Below are positions 37,469 to 49,312 of a stretch of 64,000 nt of DNA, in pieces. The stretch's first letter is position 1. Every line of letters begins with the position of its first letter. The notes below the pieces were generated by a model. It was not told the DNA's origin. It ran no database searches and saw nothing but the letters and a program-made list of their open reading frames with translations. Made by a program: the position numbers and the translations under genes. Where the stretch lies: contig JAUCBJ010008936.1 of assembly GCA_032718475.1 (NCBI GenBank), positions 62,001 through 126,000 of the forward strand. Direction: 5' to 3'. Source of the DNA: Nemertoderma westbladi (lineage: Eukaryota > Animalia > Xenacoelomorpha).

Positions 37469-40400
37469 TTATACATGGCATTGTATGGTCAGTAATAGGC
37501 CAACTCGAATATTCAAAATTGCAGCTATTTGTATGTTAATAGTATAAAGCATGGCTCATAAATTTGCAGCAAAATGACACTTCGTTAAAAATCTAGGTAC
37601 AGCAAGATACAGTAGTATTGTAGATACATACTATTCATAGGCTTACAATAAAGTTAAAGTTTATCTTCAATATTGTCAAATATAGGAGGTAATATAAGTA
37701 TGGATATTATGATGTGAAATACTAAGCTGAGTCTAAATATGTTGTCAGCATTCTTATAAGGTTCCCGTACTAACACTGATTAAAAATAAAAATCGAAATT
37801 AAATCACCATTACAAGAAACACCCCATAATAAAATCTTACATTGGGCGAAGGTGTGCCTCTATATAGATTATTGATTGTTAGGCAGATCGATCAACATTG
37901 GCAAACAATCAATATTCCTTAAAACGTTAAAACGGACATCGGAAAATAGATGAGGAAATTCCCAAGAAGCAAAAATTTCAGGTCGCTGGTGTACTGTACT
38001 ATGTTATTATTATCGTTTTTGACTTTATCGTTTATCGTTTGAAATAATGACAGTCCCTCAATCATTATTATAATTAACATCGGAAATGATAACCCGACCA
38101 GGAAAATCCAGATATAAATAATCGTAGATAGGACTTACAATAAGGATACACAACCCATCTACTGTAGGCCCCTTCTCCAGTATTCATATCTTAGTTCTCT
38201 CACAACAGAAATACCTAATGCAGCACATACATTAGTTCAAGAATTTATGCAGCCATTGTTGTGAAAATAAGCGGCAGCCAATATGCCATTATTTATACAA
38301 GAATATCTATATAATTCAGCAAAATATCTATATAATTCACCAAAATGTATATATCGAGATAATAATTGACCCAAAAATTTAAATTGCAGCCACTGTAGTA
38401 ACCAGGCTTATATGTATATCCAATGTCCCTATAGAGCCAAAAATATATATCATTTTTTAAAAGACAAATCTTGAAATTTCAGATATTGGAATCAAATTTT
38501 AATAGATGGATCTAAAATATGTGATAAATTTTGTTCCAGGAATGTTAAATTTTTTTCTAATATATCTTTCGTTATCATGACAAACATAGCAGTACACTAC
38601 ATATTTCGGAGCATTTGGAGAACTTTCTAGGATTATCAAGAATAATGGATTTTCACGTATACATAATTTCATTTTTTGCGCTTGAAAATGTTTCAATGTT
38701 TCTAATTTTTTCCATACTTACTATATTGAACATTTAAAGTTGTTAATTTGTTGTTACAGCTATTCAAAATATATAAATTTTCTAAAATGTCTCAGAGAAT
38801 ATTCAAAACTAAACATATTTATAATACAGGCTAGCTAGGTTGCTAGGAAACTACAGTATAATTTAAATAGAACATTAGTGCAAAAAATATAAAACCATAA
38901 TAATTGATTAAATGACACTAGAACGCCATCAAGATGGCTTTAAACGAACCTGTCTTACACAGACTCCAAGAAACAGATGGGGATTGGAAGATGCAAACCA
39001 AGAATGACTTGCATCAACCAAAAAACTGCCTCCCATCTAATGTAATACACATTCGCCTAGGCAAACAAATCATAATCACAATTACTACAATGATGTGTGA
39101 AATGTTATCCATATCCGTAACCTGGGAAACGGCCCCAAAGAGCAGTTTATTCTGAGGAGGGGTCTTTCTGTATTAGATAAATAAAATAAAGAATACGAAT
39201 TATTTATACCTAATACATCCTCAGTTAGCCTAATAAAAACATCGGAGCAACCAATATAATGTACATGTACAAGCATCCTATGAAAGTTTGTGAAATGTTC
39301 CCTTAAGTCTACCCAACAGCCGTTGGTACCCGGCTGGCAGCCACCCTGGTTCAGTTTTATGGTTTTGTTAGTTTAATCGACAGCTGTTGTAAACGTCCCA
39401 GATATACAAAACCTACTAAGCCTTTGCATTACAATTGAGCTTAGCCTAAGTTGATGACAGTATTATAACGATGACAATTAGGCCCTATAGATACATACGA
39501 TATATAAATGATGTACTGCTTGACATTACACTAACTGGCTGAATAGAGATAGAACTATAATAATACGTTTGGCATTCTGTCAGATTTCAGTAGTAAGTAA
39601 CCTCATAATAATTGCTAAATATCAATCACCTGAAAAACATTTCAAGCAAGGGAGTTGTGGGTATTTAATTTCGCGTTCAATAATGTTGAAAATATGCAAA
39701 TATTTCGAATATCGCACTTCGAATCGTTCCCAACTTTTTTATTCAACAACTAGACAACAATTGATAAATACTTGCGTTTACAATTTTACAATGCATGCAA
39801 GTGGTTTCAAGCCATTTGGTGAACATACATAGTGAGTGATATAGTGACATATATATATAGTGATATAGGTAAATATATATATCCATCGTGTTTTTGCCGG
39901 CCTCAGCTTTAGACAAAAACTACCCAGTCTAAAGACAGGTTCGTTATAATGCATGAATAAGGGTTGTGTAAACCCGAAAATTTGCAAAGGAGTAGCTATA
40001 TTTTTTAAGTGACTGAGTGGTGTATATTTATTTATTGAAAAATATAATACATAGAGAAATATATATATAGATATTCCTTGTATCATGCGGGCCATATGTG
40101 TATAACTCCAGTGGCCCATTCGCATCCAAGAAATATATTTTTCAGGCCTATTCGCTACCAAGTGGCCTTTTTTATCAAAGGCCATTTTGAATTTTGGCGG
40201 CCTAATTGCTGCAAATTGGCCCTGGGGCTACGTAAATTATTTACGTCGGCCTATATGCTACTAGAAGGCCTAAATGGAACTAAGAATATATTCCCTATGG
40301 CCCAGAAGCTACAATGTGGCCCCTTTGCTACCACAATTTTATAGTTATATAGTTATAGTTATGTATATAAATTAAATTATAAATTAAACGCCATCTGATG

Positions 40401-40580
40401 TATGACCATGGAATTTATTATTGGATAATTTAACCATGGCCCATATACTACTAGCGAAATATAATAAAAAATATATATTTCGTAATTTTTGGGCCATTGA
40501 GTTTTTCAAAACGTCAAAACGAGTAAAAGTTTTGTAGAATAGATTTATTTATACAATATACAGTATAAAAACAATAACAA

Positions 40581-40845
40581 ATACACCAAACATAATGGTA
40601 TTTTTTTTCACCAACATAACATATAGGATTACCCCTAAAGCTTTGCAGCATATTTCAAAGCATATTTCTAATTTATGTTACTTACAAATGCCGTACAATA
40701 TGAAAAATATAAAAATGGGTTATGGGGGATAACTTAAACTTTAACTGTCTTTTTTTCATATCAACATCTCTTTTAGTAATGGTGGGGTGTATAAAACATT
40801 AAAACAACAAAACGGAGGGGGAGGGGGGTAGGGGCGCAATTCATC
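40581..40845. repeat. Dispersed repeat, copy 2 (copy 1 at 23466-23741)
   Basis: Aligns by eye with 23466-23741 in the same orientation. Confidence 0.8.
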
Positions 40846-41477
40846 TTTCCGAATATATCATTACACTTGTATAAAAGATCACGTTCTCTCTCAATTGCAA
40901 ATATATTCTTGAGGGGCGAGCCACGAAGTGAGCGAAGCTTTAGCATATGGGCGCCATTGGCGAGTTGTATGTCGTCGTCGTAGTCTTTGATCGTTAATAA
41001 CTCAGATATTCCTTGATGAAATTAAACGAAATTTGCTATGTATGTAGTCCGTCAAAATTCAAAATCTGAAGTTTTGTCAAAAACGAACGAACGCAACGAG
41101 GAACAAGAGGAGGAAAAGTATTGTGTTGAAGACTTCTGACTAACGGCAGACAACTCGTTAATGGTGCTCATAATGGCTTTATGAAGCTCATCTTTTCCAA
41201 GTTCGTGAAACAGCGAGAGACCACATACAGCAAATGCGTAAACTGTGTCAGATGGCTACCGGTACGCGCTACTGCAGGCAACATCACTCTTGAGGTAAAT
41301 GTCTTAAATTATTTAAATTTTAGTTAAATGATTTATACTAAAGTCGTACGGCCGACTTAAAAACTAACTACTAAGTAATGCGAACGACTTACTAATTCGT
41401 TGGAACGACTCACTAAGACATTCGAATCACTTAACTACTGTATCTATGTTTCGATTGGCCATTACTAGTATTAAAAT

Positions 41478-42763
41478 ATACAATAGCGGGTTTTTAAATT
41501 CAATATACAATACTGCAGTTGAAACTCAATAATGGCTAACTCAAGACAATCTGCAGTTTTCTAGTCTGCCGCTAGAGGACGAAATGTCTGAAAGTGAATT
41601 TTTTGACCTATTCAGTCATTTATGATCCGTTCAAGCTGAAAATTGTCAGATATACATCCTGTGTCATTGTATGGTCGTTATCACTAGCGCGAAGGCTCCA
41701 CTTCGTGAATTATACAATGTAAAATTTATCGTTAAACTCTTTTAATAAAAAGACCCTTCCTGAGTTATTAAGCCTTGAAAATAAGATATTTAGCGCCACT
41801 TAACGGCAGCCAATGAAATTACAGGACGCCAAAATCCACAACTAAACTTTCTAAACCTTTTCTCTACTACATACATAACCAATTACAAAAACATTTACCG
41901 AGTCATAGATGAGATATTGGTGTGAGCCAGACAGACAGAGAAACAGAAGCGTGACAGACAGACATGGGCAGCGCCGATTTGGCCCTGTATTACACTGTAT
42001 CAGGATTAGAGATTGTAAGTCGTTCGCACGACTTAGCAAAAAAAAGACTATTTCATTTCCCTGTATGGGCTCCGCAGGTTTATTTTCAGTTCAGAAATAA
42101 AATTTGTAGTGGCCCATTTGCTACACGAATATATTTTTGTATTTGTGAGACAGGAGAAAACTTAACGAACCCCTATCGGCAAATTAAATTCTCACCGAAA
42201 TGTTAAAGTATCTATTTAGGGAAAGGGTCAGGTTAACTTTGGCACGTAATTCTAACTAAAACAATAAATTGAAGTCAATAGAAATTTATTTAGTTAATTT
42301 TTATTTATTTATTTAGTCCCCATTCAAGGATGCAAGGCAGAGATGTGCCCTGGCTAGACCCTTCAAAGCATTCGTGCCGAAACAAAAATTGCCCTCCCTG
42401 GCCTGTTAATGTTAACATGCCCTGTTAATATGCGATTATCATATGTTCTACTTGTATACTTTTCGCGACCCTCCCCCCCCCCCCCCCCCCAGGGATTCAA
42501 GGAATCGGATATCTGTTGTCTTTGTACCTCGGTGGGTTTGAACTTCATTCATAGAAAACTGTAGAAATTTTTCACAGCGGCCCATTTACTACAGACATAT
42601 ATATGAAGTGTAAATCACGCAGGGCCGTTCATAATGCAACGCCAATAGATTCTAGATTAGCATCCTCAAATTAAATAGCATTAAGAAAAGAAAAGTATTG
42701 ATTGACAACAACGACATTTCTTAATATCTATTAATTAAAAAACAAATTACAAATAAAACAAAC
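41478..42763. repeat. Long direct repeat, left copy (DR1)
   Basis: From atacaatagcgggtttttaaattc to caaattacaaataaaacaaac; colinear with 53655-55238; carries an extra ~280-bp GACA-containing segment at ~41720-42000. Confidence 0.92.
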
Positions 42764-42855
42764 TATATAAATGAACTAATAAAATATAAATGAACTAATA
42801 AAATATAATGAACTATATAAATGAACTAATAAGGAACTATATAAAAAATATAAGT

Positions 42856-44550
42856 CTGAGTCTGGGGACTACCCAAAGCGAACAACTGAGTCTGGGGACT
42901 ACCCAAAGCGAACAACTGAGTCTGGGGACTACCCAAAGCGAACAACTAAGTCTGGGGACTACCCAAAGCGAACAACTGAGTCTGGGGACTACCCAAAGCG
43001 AACAACTGAGTCTGGGGACTACCCAAAGCGAACAACTGAGTCTGGGGACTACCCAAAGCGAACAACTGAGTCTGGGGACTACCCAAAGCGAACAACTGAG
43101 TCTGGGGACTACCCAAAGCGAACAACTAAGTCTGGGGACTACCCAAAGCGAACAACTGAGTCTGGGGACTACCCAAAGCGAACAACTGAGTCTGGCGACT
43201 ACCCAAAGCGAACAACTAAGTCTGGGGACTACCCAAAGCGAACAACTGAGTCTGGGGACTACCCAAAGCGAACAACTAAGTCTGGGGACTACCCAAAGCG
43301 AACAACTAAGTCTGGGGACTACCCAAAGCGAACAACTAAGTCTGGGGACTACCCAAAGCGAACAACTAAGTCTGGGGACTACCCAAAGCGAACAACTAAG
43401 TCTGGGGACTACCCAAAGCGAACAACTAAGTCTGGGGACTACCCAAAGCGAACAACTAAGTCTGGGGACTACCCAAAGCGAACAACTAAGTCTGGGGACT
43501 ACCCAAAGCGAACAACTGAGTCTGGGGACTACCCAAAGCGAACAACTAAGTCTGGGGACTACCCAAAGCGAACAACTGAGTCTGGGGACTACCCAAAGCG
43601 AACAACTAAGTCTGGGGACTACCCAAAGCGAACAACTGAGTCTGGGGACTACCCAAAGCGAACAACTAAGTCTGGGGACTACCCAAAGCGAACAACTAAG
43701 TCTGGGGACTACCCAAAGCGAACAACTGAGTCTGGGGACTACCCAAAGCGAACAACTGAGTCTGGGGACTACCTTAAGCGAACAACTGAGTCTGGGGACT
43801 AAGCGAACAACTGAGTCTGGGGACTACCCAAAGCGAACAACTGAGTCTGGGGACTACCCAAAGCGAACAACTGAGTCTGGGGACTACCTTAAGCGAACAA
43901 CTGAGTCTGGGGACTAAGCGAACAACTGAGTCTGGGTACTACCCAAAGCGAACAACTGAGTCTGGGGATTACCCAAAGCGAACAACTAAGCCTGGGGACT
44001 ACCCAAAGCGAACAACTGAGTCTGGGGACTACCCAAAGCGAACAACTGAGTCTGGGGACTACCCAAAGCGAACAACTGAGTCTGGGGACTACCTTAAGCG
44101 AACAACTGAGTCTGGGGACTAAGCGAACAACTGAGTCTGGGTACTACCCAAAGCGAACAACTGAGTCTGGGGACTACCTAAAGCGAACAACTGAGTCTGG
44201 AGACTACCCAAAGCGAACAACTGAGTCTGGGGACTACCCTACCCAAAGCGAACAACTAAGTCTGGGGACTACCCAAAGCGAACAACTGAGTCTGGGGACT
44301 ACCTAAAGCGAACAACTGAGTCTGGGGACTACCTAAAGCAAACAACTGAGTCTGGGGACTACCCAAAGCGAACAACTGAGTCTGGGGACTACCCAAAGCG
44401 AACAACTAAGTCTGGGGACTACCCAAAGCGAACAACTGAGTCTGGGGACAACCCAAAGCGAACAACTGAGTCTGGGGACTACCCAAAGCGAACAACTGAG
44501 TCTGGGGACTACCCAAAGCGAACAGCTGAGTCTGGAGACTATCCAAAGCG
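42856..44550. repeat. 30-bp minisatellite ACCCAAAGCGAACAACT(G/A)AGTCTGGGGACT, about 57 copies
   Basis: Directly visible; near-identical units with a G/A dimorphism and a few 25-bp units; no spacers. Confidence 0.98.
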
Positions 44551-44558
44551 ACCCACCA

Positions 44559-47500
44559 TTAATCCTCGAATAGGGTCTTCTTGGCCCTCTTCATTACATT
44601 TAGGCGGGCATAAATTTGTTTGATGCTTTTTGAATTAAGTTTCAGTGCTGCAGTATTAAGGAGCTGAGTCATTGATCCTTTCACAGTTCTAACAGCGGTA
44701 GAAGTATCGCGAAAGAGGTGGTCTTTGAAGACATCTTCCATGATTTTATTCTCAGACTTTTTCCATATAGCCCGCTTTGGCTTTCCAGCCATTGGAGATT
44801 CCTCAGGTGAAGATATTCTACAAGCGTTTACATCCAACGGGCTGTTAGTCGTTGCGATTGGTGGCCCTAATGCTTCAGTAGCGGGTCCCAAGTCAATATA
44901 AGGCAGGTCAATATTGGGCTGTAATGCAATGCCGGTACGTGGCTCTAATGCGTCAATATTGGGTCCCAAGTCAATAAGCGGTGGGTCAATATGGGATTCT
45001 AAGTCAACATCTGTTTCACCGGGGTTATTGATAAGATTATAGGCCCGAACAGCTTCTGCCCCTGAATTCGCAGCATCGTATATTTTTCGTTGCGTAGACA
45101 TGGAATGTGCCAACTGTTTAGAAACCAAGTTTTGTTCAACCACGGTACGATTCTCGCGTTGGTTATAGAATGATACTGAATGTCTGTTTAAAGTTGGCGT
45201 GATCTTGGATCTCGATTGTGGGAGAATGGTCTTCCACAGATCCTGAATCGGTCTACAGATACCACCAATCGGCTGTCCCAGCGTTGTGGTAAACACGTTT
45301 TGGACCTGGATACGAACAATCGCATATTGCGGTCGACAGTACGTGCTCCATTGTTTCACTAATAAATAGGTTGCTTCATCCATGACTATTTTAGCACTTC
45401 CATACACTTGATCAGTTTTAAGTTTCGGAACACTTATAACGATTCTATTACTTCCCTCCCGTTTTCGTTTGGTTACATGTTGCAGCTCCATATTGATAAG
45501 CTGGCTAGGTCGCGCACCATTGCGTAAGGCGAGTGCTGCAAATAAGTAGGCCCGCATGTCACTAAGCTTCTCACCTGTGGTGTTTGACTTATTGTTAGTA
45601 ATGTTCTGTAAAGCTAAATGTATATTCTTTATTCTATCTGCAGCAAAAAATTCCCTGATTTCTTGTTTTGTAGGCATATTATTAGTAGCTTCGTCTAGGA
45701 CAACGTGAGCCCTTCGTTTCAGGGCCCTTTTTTGCGACCTTTGGATTGCATCCACGACACCTTTGGCAGTTAATATATCAAGTTGTGAAACACTATTATT
45801 GGTCTTTTGGGAGATGACAACGTGTTGTTGATGAGCAAAAGTCATAAACAGAACCATCTTCTGCACGTATACTCTAAGCGAAGTAATTTCCCTCAACTTT
45901 TTATTACTACAAATTGTTTCCTCTTGAAGTAATTTATACCCATTCATCAACTGGTCGCCATTGAACATTATTGCGGGTGATATGGGCTCAGGTAAAGTCA
46001 TTGCAATTAATGTGTAGTAATGTTTAACACGCTGGGCTGCAAAGTCGACATCTTTCCACTCCATATCACACATGGGTGATTGTAAATAGGCCCGAAACTC
46101 GCCGATGAGGGGTATGAACAAATTAGCAAATTCACTATCATCTTTAGGCACATCATAACGTTTCCTGTGCTTTAAAATATGCACTCGCTCTTCATTTTGG
46201 ACCCGTTTCCCATTTACCATGTCATACGTGGGAATCTCATGCGCATAGGTTAGGTGATTGGGGAGTCGAAGTGTTATAGCTCCACATAGCGAACAATTTG
46301 AAGGAACTCTTTTACTATTTTTATGATGTTTCTTAGAAAGAGCGGACATATAACGAATGTATTTCGGATTAGTAGCCTTATGCTGCTCCCTCATGTGCCG
46401 TGTAATATTAATAACTTTCTTATTGCAGGCCGGGCATTCTTTACGATATCGCTTGGTTACACCGCCATAAGACTTGCGTACGAATTGCCATTTATCACGT
46501 TTACCCAATATTGGTTTTCCAGTGTCTAAGCTTTCGTTGTCCTCAGAATCATCACAGTAAGATGAAGAATCATCCGGAGTCCAATCAGGATCATTGGTAT
46601 ATTGCAATTGCGGGATTTTTATAGCCGCAACTGCAGCATCTTCATCGTCATATGTATTAGATTCATGTGTTTCAAATGTATTCATATGACTGTTACCTAT
46701 AAAAATTAAATAAAATCGAATAATATCCACTGATACTGGGAAGACAATGGAAAGGGAACATTTTTAAAAGCAATTTTTAAATTCTCATTTTTAATGTCAG
46801 ACAAAGTCTTTTATAAAATTTCATTGTACTGTAGAAGAAACCATCCCTAAATCACACCCCGACAATAAACCAACCCCGGTCGAATTATGTATACTCAGTC
46901 CCAGTCATTTGCTACTTGAAACACTCCTGTTTAAGGAGCAGGTGAGCATCCATGCACACACCGCACATGGTCAACTTCACCTTTCCCATTTGATTATTTC
47001 CCATAACCTTTGAGGCTGTATCATGTAGGCAGGCATTAGCCCATTGTTAGCCTACCATTTTGATAGTTAAAGCTTTCTCTGTATGCCACTAGATTATAGT
47101 GTTTGTTGTGTGGTAATTTAGGATTAGCAGCAAGTGTTATATTTAAAAACAAGTGTTATAATTTCAGGTGTTTATATGATAGCAGTATTTGTTATTGCAG
47201 TGTTAAAAACAATATTTATTTTATTATTTTATTTTGCATTAAGATACCTACAGGTAGTTGCCATAGACTAATGTAATAAGGGGCCATCCATAAATGACAT
47301 CACTCTGAACAGCGGAGGGGGGGGGGGGGGGGGGGGGGTTGATATTTCGTGACGATTTGTGACGAAGGGGGGGGGGGGGGGGGGGTAAAAATGTCTTTAA
47401 AAACCGTGACGTCATTTATGGATAGCCCCTGATGTATTTTATTACCAGCCAGTCGGTAACATGATATTTAAAAATAATCAGTTCCAGAAACCGCATTGTA

Positions 47501-48891
47501 GCACTTGATTTCAACCCAATGGCCAATAATTTGAAGTGCATGTTATGTTACTAACCTCCAAAACCTTCTAATGGCATATTATCCAATTCAGTTAACATAA
47601 ATGGAACCGTATCATCTAAAAGGCTGTATGTATGATTATCATCTGTGCTAAGCAGAGGTAAATCTATGCCTTGGTTGTCATTGAAATAAATTTCAGACTC
47701 CCGGAGAGGATTATCATTTATTCCAAATTCGCCATCATCTGAAAGATAACAAACACTTTAAGTTAAAAAGTTATGCCTAGTAAACGACCGGTTAACCGGG
47801 ACGAGTTCAAACCCGGGCCGGGTTGGGGTGACCCGGACCCGTCAAAAAAGACGCCGGGTACTGGGTTTTATTAAAATTAAGCACTTGCGTGAATGAGAAT
47901 GAAAAGCCTGTTTGACATACCTATATACGTAGGTACCAGTACACAAAGTTGCCTAAAGCAGTAGGTAGTCAGGTAGTAGTAGCATCTTCTTAGATTTTAT
48001 ATCATTTTCGATTTTTTTTTTCAATTTTTTTCTTTTGATGTATCATTTTTTTTCGATTTTATTTTATTTGTATCATTTTTGATATCACAAGTGTTGACCC
48101 GGACCCTGCGTTTTTGAGACAGACCCGGATCCGGCAAAATGTTCGACCCGGTCGTTTACTAGTTATGCCCTAATGCTGTAATGGGAATGCCTATCAAAAA
48201 TAAATTGATTCCAATAAGTTGATTTAAATAATTTCAAAATAATTGTATTATTGATTGAGGCAGGCCTTAATTATTGTATAATTAATAAGTTGATTGCAAC
48301 TGGAAGAAAACTTTGGCTCTCTTTTGTGATCAAAAACCTAAAAACCTAGTTTTAGACTTTTTTTAAATTTTAGAATTTCAAATCGACAAAAACCTAGGCT
48401 TACAAAAACCTACTTTGCCAGCCCTACTAGGACCACCCTATCCAGGCACCAGGTCCCGGCAGATTGGCAGTACTGTTACTGGTTACTGAGGTAGGCCTAC
48501 CGTAATTAAATTCATTAACCAGTCATCCAGTTAACTTACCAGTATCTGCGACATCATCTTCACCAGAATTACAACTGCTACCGGTACCGGTACCGCATGA
48601 ACTACCAGTATAGCAGTCTGAAGAATTCCAATTGTCGTCGTCATCATTATGAAATACAGGAAACTTTGGCCCCTTAGGTTGCTTAGCCTTAGGCCTAAAT
48701 ACAGGCACAATGCGAGTGAGGTTTTTTTCTCTATTAATACCGGTACCGGTATTTGATCCGGAAGGGAGGCTACAGTCACCGGAAGCAGTATTAACGCCGT
48801 TGCCTGTTACCGCTACCGGTAAGGTACCGGTACCAACCACCGCCGCCGGTAGGCAGGTAGGCGTAGGACATCTACGTTTTCGTCTTCCCAT
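44559..48891 (-). CDS. Intact three-exon tyrosine recombinase gene (about 890 aa): exons 48891-48540, 47738-47556, 46696-44559
   Basis: All junctions are GT-AG and phase 1, and the joined frame is open; two C2H2-like fingers (CPAC..HMREQH, CSLC..HLTYAH); catalytic NGARP (R), KLKT (K), TLNRH (R), LAHS (H), KIYD (Y); C-terminal Myb/SANT-like RAIWKKSE. Confidence 0.82.
47280..47429. mobile_element. G-tract MITE (PIF/Harbinger-like) in YR intron 2
   Basis: TIRs GGGGCCATCCATAAATGAC / GTCATTTATGGATAGCCCC; flanks TAA and TGA. Confidence 0.8.
47778..48161. mobile_element. hAT MITE in YR intron 1
   Basis: TIRs TAGTAAACGACCGG / CCGGTCGTTTACTA; 8-bp TSD GTTATGCC; internal ACCCGG repeats. Confidence 0.92.
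48330..48426. mobile_element. Partial hAT-like MITE end
   Basis: AAAAACCTA repeats ending TTTGCCAGCCCTA. Confidence 0.5.
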
Positions 48892-49312
48892 CAAGATCAA
48901 CTGATCACAGCACCCTGCAGCACTGGTAACGGCTGAACGGGACGTGCTCTGTGCTCAGGGCAACGGACTGTCAACGGCAACGGATGTACCTGTAACGGTA
49001 CTGCTGTACTGCGGTATGGCTGTATGGTAGGCCTGTCAGCCTGTACTGCTGTACTGTAAGGTAAGGCTACTTCTGCTGGATCTGAGCCTGAGGCTGTGAG
49101 GAAGACTGGTGTTTGTGATGCGCGATGCGGTACCGGCAAGCGGCAACCGGCTGTAGCTCCTATTTCTTTTCCTGTTTTCTGCAGTCGGATCTCGGATCCA
49201 CTGACTGACTGACAGACTGATCCAGCAACTCAGTCAGCAACTCCTGAACTCCTGAACTCACCCAGTCACCAGCTCACTGCAGCACTTCTTTAAAATTATA
49301 GTCAAGAATAAG

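Noticed and set aside
37480-40100. Short ORFs of 60-135 aa in an AT-rich stretch
   Set aside because: No recognisable domains or consistent exon chain
42808-43917. 369-aa ORF of (LSLGTTQSEQ)n
   Set aside because: By-product of a 30-bp repeat lacking stops in one frame; the frame is broken by 25-bp units. The G/A variant being synonymous here could be chance.
42856-44550. CRISPR array
   Set aside because: Units are contiguous with no unique spacers, there are no cas genes, and the context is eukaryotic
44559-46730. Single-exon 723-aa ORF start as listed
   Set aside because: The first codons are an intron polypyrimidine tract and acceptor (TTTTTATAG|G at 46697/46696); upstream exons join in phase
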